Assembly: GCF_964355755.1 (NCBI RefSeq)
Contig: NC_092671.1
Location: 39,752,304 to 39,816,303 of the forward strand
Source of the DNA: Antedon mediterranea
Lineage: Eukaryota; Animalia; Echinodermata
Reading direction: 5' to 3'
Length of the DNA: 64,000 bases
In this document: in pieces, positions 14,634 to 27,800 of the stretch
How positions within the stretch are numbered: the first letter of the stretch is position 1
Layout: every line of letters begins with the position of its first letter
Notes under the pieces: generated by a model
Told to the model about the DNA's origin: nothing
The model's input: the letters and a program-made list of their open reading frames with translations, nothing else
Database searches by the model: none
Program-made: the position numbers and the translations under genes

Positions 14634-14705
14634 TTTGTTGATGAGTGACGAAATTGGGCGATCTTGTGTCTTATTATAAATAAATACAAAATTAAATATT
14701 GATAG

Positions 14706-14767
14706 CGCCCAATGTGGGGCTCGAACCCACGACCCTGAGATTAAGAGTCTCATGCTCTACCGACTGA
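14706..14767 (-). pseudogene. tRNA-Lys(CTT) 5'-truncated copy 6
   Basis: Similarity ends after ...ccgactga; the first 11 nt (acceptor 5' strand and part of the A box) are missing. Confidence 0.85.
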
Positions 14768-15991
14768 CGTAGGTCAACACATAATTCTCTATATAAGGTG
14801 ACTTGTTTGTTCACAGCCGACATTAAGTTGGTCTACATATTTAACTGAGTCCTTATTTTATTGTAAAGTTATAAATGGATTAATATATTAGACTAAGAAA
14901 ACTACTGTATATTGTCGATAATTATTATCGTGTCATCCAGAATTTAAACATAGATTTTCTATGAAGTTTTCATTTATATGTTTTATGTCAACCTATGGAA
15001 AGTGTCATGAAGAGTGTTTTTGTGTCTAATAAATAAATAATTACAAAAGATAGACGCAAACTTTTGTAGATAATTTTTTTTGTGACGAGTTGAATAATTG
15101 TCAGTATCTGTTGTTGGCGACAAACATGTGTTGTCGATATTAAGTCTTGCTTTGATATCGTAGACAATAGAAAACTTTATTGGTCATTTACGTCAAAATT
15201 GTCTTCCTCGGTAAGATAAGAAATAACACACATATATTTAAAATAACACATTACTTAGATGTATCTACTGTGGGCGGTTACTGCCGCCCCATACATTATA
15301 TATTATATTTTAAAATAATGATGTTTATATATAACATTTTACTACCAATTAGTAAATTATGATATATTTGTATATTAAACGTGTTTTTTTTTAAATAAAA
15401 GTTGTTGGTGTTGCATTTTTTTTGTAGCGCTGTGTCAAAGTTGCAAAATAATGGTTCTCATTGGACCGTAAAACATCAACTAGTGACGAAGTTTACATCA
15501 AATAAAGCAAATCATGAATGTTTATAATATCCAGTGTAAAAATACTATGAAACGCGTTTGGTGCAATAATAAGAGCTGCTGATACAATTTGTAATGATGA
15601 TCATGTGGTGATGTACCTATCATTGAAAAAAATATCAACAAACTTTAAAATATTTAGTGGCAAAAAAGATTTGTTTTAAAATTTATTCTAGCTACATTAA
15701 AAAAATTCTAATAATTTAAAACCACCATTTACATTTCTGCATAACCATTCTTATAATTCAGGAAGTCTATCCCTTGGTATTATTTGTATAATAGCCCTGA
15801 TAAAACAAAAAACCTAAATATGTAATTAACTTAAGCTTTGTCTACACTATTAAACTTTATGCGACAAAAATGAGATGTGCCCATATATGGACATGATGGC
15901 ATATATCACTACCATATTTAGGCATATTACTACCATATTTAGGCACATCACAGTTTTTTTGTGATATTGTTGTAGATAGAGCTTTATAACA

Positions 15992-18005
15992 CTATACAGA
16001 AAGCAACAATTCATCAAAATCTACCTGATCATTCGGAATTTTATACCCAAACAATAAGAAATCTTCTCTGTATAAATTGACCAACCTACGAAATAAATCT
16101 TCAGGGAGTTTTTGATAGTATCTTTTTAACAAAATTGACTCTGAGCTTTTCCTTTGCTGTCCTTTGTTGTAAGTAACAACTTTATCAAACCCTAAATGTG
16201 AGTATAAATAAGGAATATCACGATCCACTGTCTCTAACCGACCAATGAAGTCATAATCAAGTTCACACGGGCGCCCTCTATAAACGATCGGTATCCAATG
16301 TCGATCAATAGTTTCTGTTTTATTAACGTCCATGTCCAGTAAAAACATAACGAATTCATTAAATGTGATTTCTGACGCTTTTTTTAGTTCGTTTGCACTA
16401 TATATGTTCCGATATCGTTGTATAATAACCTGGCCCACGTCTGTATATTCCGGTACTGTTTTACCTTCGAATTTATCGCGATATCCAGATACGACGCGAG
16501 TTAATGGATTTCGAACGAATAAAATGTTATAATATTCCATTAAGCGTTTCTTCACTTCATACTTATCTTTCACTAGCGATAAATACTCGCCTTCTACGGT
16601 TGCTTTTGTTCTGCCGCGTAGTCGACTGAAAAGGATTCGCCAATTCTTGGAGCCGATCTTATGTATAATACTAACGGTAAACTTAAACTCGTCACTCCAG
16701 TACACAGTGTCCATACTCACTTTATGGTTGACGGCATTGTTTAAGTCTTCCGTATTGTTCAAATCTAATTTTCTAATTCCTACATTACGGCACCCATTTC
16801 TCAGTTTTAAATGTCGGAATTTCTGGATTTCGTCTATTGTTAGTTTATCTCTGTTTTTAGGATTCTATAAAAGAAAAGAGATTTGGAAAACAATACTATT
16901 AATTATATGCGGCTGGATAAAAATAAAAAAAAAAACGATATATGATCTTATTAAGGACAAATATAAAATACAGTAAATGTATACATTGTGTAAAAAATCG
17001 ATAACATTATTATAGCCCTTATAATAGCAATATAAAAAGTTATTGCGCAAGATACTATTGTTTGTTTTCATGGCGAAATCAATATTTTGAAAGTTACGGA
17101 TATTTATTTTTTTTAAATTGAACCGTTGAGTTTCTCGACGTTTCAACCAAATATACTTTGATCATCCTTTCAGGAGTGAGATATAGATATTATAAAGCTA
17201 TGTTTACACTATCAAATTTTATGTGACAAAAAAGTGTGATGTGACCATATATGGTAGTGATATACCCAAATATGGTAGTGATATGACATCATTAACTATT
17301 GTAACTGTTATGTGTTATGTCATTTATTCATCCCTTCTTTCTTTTCGCTGCCCTTTTGTTATGTGCAGTGATCAAGTTTAATAAATAAATTATGTCAATA
17401 TTTGGGCACATCACATTGTTTTGTCACATAAACTTTGATAGTGTAGACAGAGCTTTATAGGCCAACAGAATAGAATGGCCTAAGATGTTACGGTTCTGAC
17501 GCCATTATTGAATTCGTGTCCAAATTATATTCACGATACTGAGTAAAATATTATTTGGATTGTTACATACGTCATCCATGCCTCTAATCGTATTCTTCTT
17601 CTGCACGATCCTCTCCCTGTTGTTGGCTTCTACTACATCTCGTTTACCAATATCACTCAACTGAAATTTATTTTCACACTGTGCAAGTTGAACACCTTAA
17701 CATTGAACAAATAATGCATTAGCCATTACATTAGAATGGATGCATCCAATGAATTTCATTTTTATGCGAAAATGAATAACAGATATTACTTTCGAGTTAA
17801 AATCAAGATGAGCCATTTGATGAACAGGCAAACTGCCTAATACCGAGACATGTTTCGAGAATACTATTCTCATCATCAGAAATATTACTAAATTAGTTAT
17901 ACAGTACTTACGTGATTCGTTTATTATGTATAATAGAATTACTATTACAACGAGATAGAAAATATTTTGAAATGTTAGCCGCCGACGTCTTTGAAAGATC
18001 TTCAT
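15992..18005 (-). CDS. Golgi carbohydrate sulfotransferase, CHST11-like (Sulfotransfer_2 family); exons 18005-17912, 17695-17571, 16864-15992
   Basis: Type II signal anchor MKIFQRRRRLTFQNIFYLVVIVILLYII. 5'-PSB-like HKIGSKNW, 3'-PB FVRNPLTRVVSGYRDKF, ITFNEFV, DRHW.P, PCELDYDFIGRLET, LYREDFLLFGY. Exon phases join in frame. Confidence 0.9.
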
Positions 18006-19043
18006 AACTCGACGCGTGACCTTCTTCAGCGCTGATGATGCCAATAGTGCTGGTCTGCAGCGGCGAGGCAATTATCATTAATTGGTTCCAATCGATAATA
18101 AAAATTGTCGTTCGACCAAATAAATTATGAGCATACGCCTGGTATGATTTTTTGCTATTGTCCCGTTGTATAGGCCTAGAGGTCGTAAACATCACATAAC
18201 TCAGATTGACTCAACCATGAGATAACTATGATTTGGTTGGGAAGGGGATTTGTTTCGATACGTTGAATAATTCATTGTTGGTGTTCATCTCATCTATACA
18301 AATCGCGCTGTGACCTTCGATTGGTATTAAGATTCAATGGAGAAACTAAGAAGGCCGCTACAGGCTTCCGTCGAATTTAAGTTTAAACGTCGCCCTCTAC
18401 AGATTAAAAACAAACCAAAACAAACGCATCATCAGATTCACAAAATAAATAGCGGCGGCAGGTGTTTGAAATGTTTTACAAAAATTAACCTGGCTTAGAA
18501 CTTGTGTAGAGGTTTGTTATTGCATAATTCTCATAATTAATTGTAAATACTCTATGTTGCTGTTATTTTATTGGCGTAAAAAATAACAGCCTCTAGCATG
18601 AACAGGGTTCGCCCGAAATAGTTAGGTCTAGGCCCGAATAATATTAATTAGTCGGGCAAACAATCAGTGGCATATGGTGGTGGGACGCGGCTGCCTCTCT
18701 GGGTGGGTCTCGGGCCTAGCCTAGAAAATATATAGTGATTTATTACTATTATATCCTAGGAGCTAGAACATTATTTCTACTGATATGATGTAGATCGAGC
18801 TGTGCTTTATCCATTTTATGGCTTAATAATTCAATCATCCATTACTCAGGCCTAGGCCCTATCAGACAGTAGTGTAGAGTGTAGTTTATCAATGGAATGG
18901 TTATTATTATTAATTAATACTGTATTTTTGTATTACTTTGTCTTGTGGAAAACCAGCTGCACATTACATTTACATGCGTGTGGCAATATTATTTGGGCTC
19001 AATCCATGTTTTGTTTACTCTACTCTAATTTATATTTTCAGAG

Positions 19044-20582
19044 ATGGACAGTGAACTTGAAAAAAGGCCACATTCTACTCCTAAGCATTCTGCAGACAAG
19101 AAGTATGCAAGTAATGATGAAACATATTCATATTCCTTCAATTCTACTGGCGACTCAACAAGATCTTTGCTGTCTGTGTTATCACATAGCAGCGTTGAAA
19201 GTCTTTCAGAACATGATATATCTGATGATGATGACAAAAAGGAAGACAACAATGAAGACAGGTACTCAAGCAAAATAAGTTACAGTAAATAAAAAAAAAC
19301 ACTATCATTAATCAAAATTGAGTAAATCTGCACACAATCTTATTGGTAGGCATGTGCTTAATTGTGGTGTACCTTAATTGGCCTACAGTTACGCTTGGAT
19401 GGTCACGACTGCTTGTCATCTCTGTAAAATGGCTTCCGTAGCACAAAAATTGTCTATTAATATATTTAAAAAAATTTTCAGTCAATTTTCAAAGAAATCT
19501 GACAGCAAGAACCAAGCTTCCACTTCAGCAGACATTGAAGAAGAACTGGACAGTAAACTGAATGTTTTTGAAAAATGGTTGGTGAAGAAAATCAAAGAAG
19601 AACGGAAAGCAATAAAGACAGAATTAAAAAAAGAGGAAGAGGCTAAAAGAGTGAAAGAGGAAGAGGAGAATAGGAACAGAGAAAGACAAAGTATGATACA
19701 ACATCGCATACAAGCGTGGGTAACGGAACACAAGGCACAAGATATGTATAGAAAGAAAATTAACAAAAGAGAGGAACAGAGAAAACAAGAAATTAAAGAG
19801 GAAGAAAAAGTGAGGACAAAAGAAAGAGAAAAGGTATTATTTTAGTTGAATCAAGAATAGAAATATTACAAAAGCCTTTTAAAAGTGATTTTTCATTCCG
19901 ACAATAGTGTGAATGACAATGTGCCAGGGTGTGAACTTGCTTAAAGCTAATTTCTATTATTTGATATTATGCAAACCTTTGTTACACCTGTCAATTACTT
20001 TCAACAGGACTAAATTAAATAGTGTATTTATTACTAAATTTTTTATTTATATTTCCAGGCTTGTAGAGAAGAATGGCTGGAAAAGAAAAGGCAAGAAAAG
20101 AAGCTTAAAGTTGTTAAAGAAAAGGAAGAAAGAGAAAAGAAAATCAAGGAAGAAAATGAAAAGAAGGAAAAAGCAAAAGAAAAATATGACGAATGGTATA
20201 GGAATTCAATACAAAAGCCACGCAAAGTTAAAAACTCATATGCATACAGTGAAGGAACATTAAAAGGTAGATTAGCTTATAAGAACTTTTTGTCTGTTTC
20301 TGCGATATTCAATTACAACAACTATGCTACTCTATAGTAATATGTTGACATTGTTTCTTTTTTCTTGTAGGCTACTATGATTCGGGCGCTTACCCGTTGC
20401 CTAGTTACTGCAACCCAATTCCATGGAAACCAATCCATGTTCCTCAGAATACTGAAGATGTTTCAGCAACTAAAGGCAGACGACGTACCAAGAAAAAAAT
20501 GTTGCAAGATCCATCTCCACCTTTACTGTTTAAATCCAGAACTGCTAAGGAAAACATTGCAGCATTTGGACGTCCTAGGTGA
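19044..20582 (+). CDS. CCDC34: Coiled-coil domain-containing protein 34; exons ~19044-19261, 19481-19833, 20059-20267, 20372-20582
   Basis: Ser/acidic N-terminus, FEKWLVKK and E/K-rich coiled coils, and the characteristic C-terminal GYYDSGAYPLPSYCNPIPWKPI. Confidence 0.85.
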
Positions 20583-21173
20583 TGATGTCACCATTATCAA
20601 AAGGAATGAACAACAATATAATAGAGAGGTTTCGCAACGCTACGAATACGATAACGAAAACAGATATCTTTAGAAATGTGTGACGTATCAGTTATCATAT
20701 TTGTAAGGTTGTGAAACCTCCCTATTGTAACCTTAAAAGCATGGTCTATGCAGCCCTAGCTAAATATGTTGTAAAAGGAAAATGATTAATTTTTGTTTAA
20801 GAACTTTTATTATTTAATAACTACATGTATTTAATAACTACATGTATTTATTTTTATAAACTTTTTTAATAATAATTAATTTTCGTTCAAGAACTTTTAT
20901 TATTTTAGTAACTATTTATTTTTATGAACTTCTAATATAAATTAAGTGCTTTTGTTTTAAAAATAAATGCAAGAAAGACAACCAAGAAAACAACCAGTGT
21001 GTGTATTGTCTGATCTGTTTATTTTATATACAATAAAATACATCCAATTTGATTGGTATGTGACTCGAAAATGTATTATTTTAGACAGAAGATATAACAG
21101 AAGATATATAATAAGACAAAGTAACATTCTGCCAACCTTTTATTCCTGGAGTACAAGACATGTTTGTCAATAT

Positions 21174-21859
21174 TGCCTTACTGCCATCCATCTGCCATTG
21201 CATCAAGACATCGCTGACATGATGCCTTACTCCCATCCATCTGCTATTGCATCAAGACATCGCTGACATATGATGCCTTACTGCCATCCATCTGCCATTG
21301 CATCAAGACATCGCTGACATGATGCCTTAATCCCATCCATCTGCCATTGCATCAAGACATCGCTGACATGATGCCTTACTGCCATCCATCTGCCATTGCA
21401 TCAAGACATCGCTGACATGATGCCTTACTCCCATCCATCTGCCATTGCATCAAGACATCGCTGACATGATGCCTTACTGCATCCATCTGCCATTGCATCT
21501 AGACATCGCTGACATGATGCCTTACTGCCATCCATCTGCCATTGCATCAAGACATCGCTGACACGATGCCTTACTGCCATCCATCTGCCATTGCATCTAG
21601 ACATCGCTGACATGATGCCTTACTGCCATCCATCTGCCATTGCATCAAGACATCGCTGACACGATGCCTTACTGCCATCCATCTGCCATTGCATCAAGAC
21701 ATCGCTGACACGATGCCTTACTGCCATCCATCTGCCATTGCATCAAGACATCGCTGACACGATGCCTTACTGCCATCCATCTGCCATTGCATCAAGACAT
21801 CGCTGACACGATGCCTTACTGCCATCCATCTGCCATTGCATCAAGACATCGCTGACATG
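21174..21859. repeat. 49-bp minisatellite, about 14 copies, derived from the 3' end of the IARS2 CDS
   Basis: Unit gatgccttactgccatccatctgccattgcatcaagacatcgctgacat; its minus strand encodes [13 protein letters not shown]. Confidence 0.95.
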
Positions 21860-24800
21860 GATCATTTGCTTCCTTTGATGTGTATTTACGGCATCGTCCG
21901 CATTTGTTATGCTCTGCAGGTTGGATTAGAAGACTGACATAGGCCTCGACTGTAATGAACAAGGTAAAATATTGGTGATGTCATATTTGGCAATGACTAC
22001 TTTTATCCAACTGCCATTCGGGCACTGAATGATCGTCAGTATACCGTACGAAAGTGATGCGACACATTCAATTGTCATTTTATTTTGTTAGTTTCTTATT
22101 TATCTGTTTTGTATATTTCATAACAACCATAATTTCTATGTATATTTTCTAAAAAAACAAATGGAAATAATTTTTGTCCACTGATGATGATGAATTAGGC
22201 AAATCCTATACTGAAGCTATATTCACAGAAGACGCCATTTTGTTCTTATATGTAATGGAAAATCGTAATCGAATGTTGTCTTCTACTCCCTGAAGCAAAA
22301 CAACTGTAGCTGAAGGTGTACTATATTATTCACAAATTTGTCATGTACAATGTTTTATGCAACATGGCCCAATTCCATATTCAAGTTGGTTTATTTGTAA
22401 CACTCAAACAAATTAGGATCATACCATTATTTAAGACAGGGATGTTTTTTTGGACTACTATAGCAGACAAGTTTTGATTGGTTGATAGGATATCTTGACC
22501 AAGATTGACGGTTGAAGTCATAAATAGCTCACATATATGTGATGTCATTGATGTACTATCCGTCTGCAATGACTAAAAGCAGAAACAAAAAACGCTATAA
22601 TCTACATTAGTAGTACTGTTTCTGAGAGAAACAAGACGCATTAACATCAAACTAGTTTGACACAAAAAATATGGTAGTGCTATGCTCAAATATGATAGTG
22701 TAGATAGAGCTTTACACAATGATACAATGCTATTTAAACAATTCGCATGAGCTTTGTTTTATCTTTATACTGGGTAACCTCTTCAGTCAAAGACTGATCT
22801 CCCAGAGGGCCCAGTTGGTGATCAGTGGCTGTGATGTACTAATACACCGGGGTAACCCCTACTCGTCTCGAAAGATTTACTAGGTTCTTTAAAGTGCACA
22901 CGAGCAAGTTGTGTACACTGGACCTACGGTTTATAGTCCTTATCCGAGAAGACTCGTTCTACCACCAGAACCATGGAGTGAGTGAGCCTCGAACCCCTGC
23001 CGATGTTATGGCTACGCGATTACGGTTCCACTGTCTTAACCGCTCGGCCACTCACTCACTTGTTTATAAACATATAATTATAATATTAAAAACTTTATTG
23101 TTTACTTCACCTTCAGTATTTTCCAAAGTTCTTCATTATCTGTATAAATTGTGACATCATACTCCATAATTTTGGATGCTGATATGTTGGAGTGTAATAC
23201 CTCCCGTAATTTGCATAGCACCTCCCATTCCTCATTTACTGACAAATTCAACCAATCACGATCCAGTGAAAACAATCCTGATTTAAATACTCCATGTTCC
23301 CCTAAAACATTAAAGCAAAACTTTATTAATAAGGAATAAAAAATATATATAATTTCATTTGTTTGGAAGAGGAGTTTATTCTGTTCTCAAAATTGTTTTA
23401 CATTACCCGAGCCTCTGTGTAGAAACACTTCTTCTGCTAGATGAGGCGTGATTGGAGCGATTGCCTTGGCGATGACCTCTAGCATGTAATATAAACAAGT
23501 TTGACACGACCTCCTAGCTTGGCTATTGGCTGGTTCACAATACAACCTGGAAAACGTTTTAAAATACTGTACTGGTAACATTTTATTTTGATGAAAAATT
23601 TCATTCATTCTTCTTCCATCAACTCAATATATACTTTTTGTAATAAAATAAACAGATGTTAATGTAATCACCTGTCCTTCATAGTTTCTAAGTAAAATGC
23701 AGATATCGTATTATAGATGAGATTTGATGTCAATGAAGTAACTTCACTGAAGTTATATTCATCATACGCCTCACCAACCTGAAAGCCACAATACAATATG
23801 ATTCAATTGACACAATATCATTTAATTATTTACATAAACCCAGGTGATGTCATTCCACAGAACACTTTACAGGTGAAATACCAGCAGTATATAAATAATC
23901 CATCTATGGATCTATATTATAGGTCCATGATTAAATCATCTGGTACACTAAGTGATTGTGAACAAGTTAGTTCACAACTTTTACAGTACATGCTAATAAA
24001 ATGAGAAGTCTATTTATTTATTTTCAGTCACAGTCAACAGTGGGAAACCCGCCACTAATGGATTAAAATATGTAAAACAATATAAAATATTGAAAAGAAA
24101 CATTATAACAACTTTAAAACGATATCACATAACTTATTACAAAAACATTGATAACTATAAAAAAAAAAGGGTCAATGGAATAATCTTTCTATAATGTAAT
24201 CGCAATAATATATAAAGTGTTACTCACCCTCTTACCGTATTCAAATAAAAGATGTAACATGTACTTTTCAATTGGATAGAGGGCCTCATATGGCAAAGCA
24301 TCATGGGATAGGTTGAAATCATATAGGTTTCCTAGGAAATACCTCATTGTGTTGCGAATCTATACTCGGATAATAAAAATACAATTTCAAATTTGGGTAA
24401 TTTAATATTTGTTACAAATACAAAATTACAATTAAAAATAATTTTACTTTGGTGATGTTCTTATTGGCCATTGCAAAAAGGTCTTGACTGACGTGAACTC
24501 GGCCGACCCAACCACATTCAGCTATCCGCCATCGCATGACATCTGCACCATATGCTGGTTGTGTCTTCTTGTTCTACAAAAAGAAAGAGATATGATCTTT
24601 GATATTGTAACGTTTTACCTACTATATATTTCCCTTGCATGGGAATCATACTAGATCACCAAACTTGAAATTCAACTTGCTTAAAAGTGCATGTATTCTC
24701 TAAAGCTCTGTGCACACTATTAAACTTTATGTGACAACAAAAATGTGATGTGCCCATATATGGACATGATGATGTCATATCACTACCATATTTGGGTATA

Positions 24801-27800
24801 TCACTACCATTTTTTATTTTTTATTTTTTTTATTTTATTCAATTTTCAGGCACAACAATACATGACAACACAGCGGTGCAGCACCCTGAGGATTGCCATG
24901 AGTGCAAAGCACTATCGGGGTTGGCTCTCCATATACTGCACTAGAACATATAAGACAAACATATACACAAGATGCTCTACATAAACAAAGATTATTATTA
25001 AGTCTTTGGGAGTGGAGTTGTAAATTGTCATGAGAAAAAAACCCTGACATATGACAGGACTTGAACCCAGGACCCTTAGATTGGTAGCCAAGCATCATAA
25101 CCACCAAGCCACAGCTCCACTCATACTTGGATACACCACACTTTTTTTGTCAAACTAGTTTGATAGTGTAGACAGAGCTTTACTCTATATTTGTCTATTG
25201 TCTTCCTTATTGTGACGATACAAAAGACTTACATTTCCACCATTGATTATGGTATCTGGATCAACAACATTTCCTAGGGATTTTGACATTTTGCGGCCTT
25301 CTCCATCCAAAGTAAAACCATGAACTAGAAGATTCCTAAGAAAATACACAGTTACTGAATGAAGAAATGCATGTAATTTGTTGTAAGTTATGAGAAAATG
25401 GCTAAAGAGAGGGGCTCAGTCAACCCAGAAAGTCTCCTATAGTAGCTATGGACTGAATAGCTGAACACCTTTTTTCACATTTACACATGATCTTAAGCTC
25501 TGTCTACACTACCAAACTTTCTGTAAAAACAACAAAGGAATGTGCCCATATATGGAAATGATGATGTCATATCACTACCATATTTGGGCATATCGCTACC
25601 ATATTTGGGCACATCACATTTTTTTGTCACATACAAAACAGAGACAGAGCTTTACTTACTTGAATGGTGCTTTAGCCTGGACAGGAACACTGGTGAGCAA
25701 TGATGTTTGGAACCAGGCCCCATATTGATCTTCACCTTCTAGGTACAAATCAGCCTGGCGACCATCTAGTACATGACTCCATGAGGTACCACTATCAAAC
25801 CATATATCCAAGATGTCTTCACCCTTTGTGTACTCTCTACTGGGGTCAAACCCACTCTATATTCAAATACCAAAAAAGTCATCTTCATTTAGGTTTTAGT
25901 TATTTCGATACTTTCAAAACCCGATGTCTTTAGCCCTTGTTGTTTGGTGGCAACACTCAACTCAAAGGAACCCTTAGGGAAGTAGAAAGTTGTGTTATGT
26001 GTCGTCCACACCTGTGTGCAATTCAGCCCAATAGGCTGCAAGTCGCAGGTTATTCCACCATTTACCCATTTACAAGAAAATTAATTAATGTTGAGACCAG
26101 AGAAAATTTGATTTTTATGTTAATGCATTCACAGGTAATTTCCAAATACATAGTTTTATTTTAATATATATTTCTTTACCTTCTCAATGACAGCTGCTGG
26201 TAGAAGTTCTTGAGTAGGCATGTCCCACCAACAGTCTGATCCATGTTGTGATACCAAACTGACAATATGGTCTATAGACTCTCTGAAGTAGAACAGTATC
26301 ATTATATCAGCATTGATATCACCCGAGTGGCATCCCTCAGACCCAATGGGTGTGTTTACAAAACATAAAGTTCTGGGGTTTTCCAATGATTTTCTGCATT
26401 ATTTAGGAGGCCGGAGTTGACTAAAAAATTTAGGAACTGACAACTAACCTTGAGAGAAGTGGCTGTCCATTGTGTTTATCATAAAACACTGGGATAGGTA
26501 CACCCCATACTCTCTGTCTTGAGATACACCAAAAGGTCCTGTTTGACAATTGCACTTTCATGCTGTTATTCCCATGACTTGGTAAAATATTAACTTCATC
26601 TAAACACTCCTGTATAAACAATGCATATATTGTATTTCAAAGTTTTCATGTTATACAATAACTTGCCAAATAAAGGAAAATGCCAAATTAGAAAAACAAA
26701 TCTATGAGTCACTTAAAACTTGTATAATTTAGTAGGGACACAAGAGAAATATTTTTTCAATAACAGAAGAATTTGAAACCCTGGGAAAGCAGGATGATTT
26801 ACTTTATAAAGGTCAATTTAAGGTCAATTTACACAGACTAGCAGTAATGGTAATACAAATATAGAACCTATGTTACAGTCAGGGGGAAAGGGCAAAATGT
26901 TTTCTACTTTCTAAGAGTTTTATCAGATAATCTATATTGTTTTGACATTTGTCCTTGTTATTCCGTATCACCATTTACACACAACGTGATAGATACACAT
27001 TCTATGTAGGACAAGATATTATGCTTACCGTTACCGGTCCTCTGTGTAAATTGGCCTTAAATCATCTGAAGTAATTTTCTTACCATTGCTTGTTGCCTTA
27101 TTTCTGACGTGTCAATAAACCATTGTTTACTGGCTCTTATAATGATAGGTTTCTTTGTTCTCCAGTCATATGGATAACTGTGTTTATATTCCTCTTGATG
27201 GGCTAATGAACCTGTAGCTGCCAGCATCTTTATCACTGAAAAAATGGAAAATATATTTTGTCCTAAATTTGCCCTATACGTAGGTAGAATATGAACTAGT
27301 TAAAATCAAGAGCTGTATTGTATATTTTGCCATTAAGTCATGTACACACACACACCTGTAGCATTTGCATCCGTCAAAACATTCTTCCCCGCCAAATCTT
27401 CCCCAGCTTCTTTTATAAATGTCCCTTCCTCGTCAACAAGTGATTTCTAAAATAAAGAAAATTCAATTAAAAATAAAAACTCAATGATCATAGAATAAAA
27501 CATAATGAATTTGCATACAAATGATATATACCTAATATATATATATATATATACCTAATCCGAATGATTTTTTGAATAAACACCAACATAATAGTGGAGC
27601 ACTCACCACTGATAAATTGTACTGTACTCCTATCCCATAATCCTCAGGTCCATGAGCAGGTGCTGTGTGCACCAGACCTGTACCAACACTCATCTTAACA
27701 TGGCTAGCAGGAAGAAGGGGTAACGCCCTAGCAGGGGTCAAAGGGTGTTTGTAAAGGCAACCCTCTAAAGATGAACCTATGGACAACAAAAAAAACATGG

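Noticed and set aside
13921-14753. Repeated MRLLISGSW.. ORFs
   Set aside because: Translations of the tRNA-Lys genes.
21174-21859. CRISPR-like array
   Set aside because: No spacers; the unit is the IARS2 coding end.
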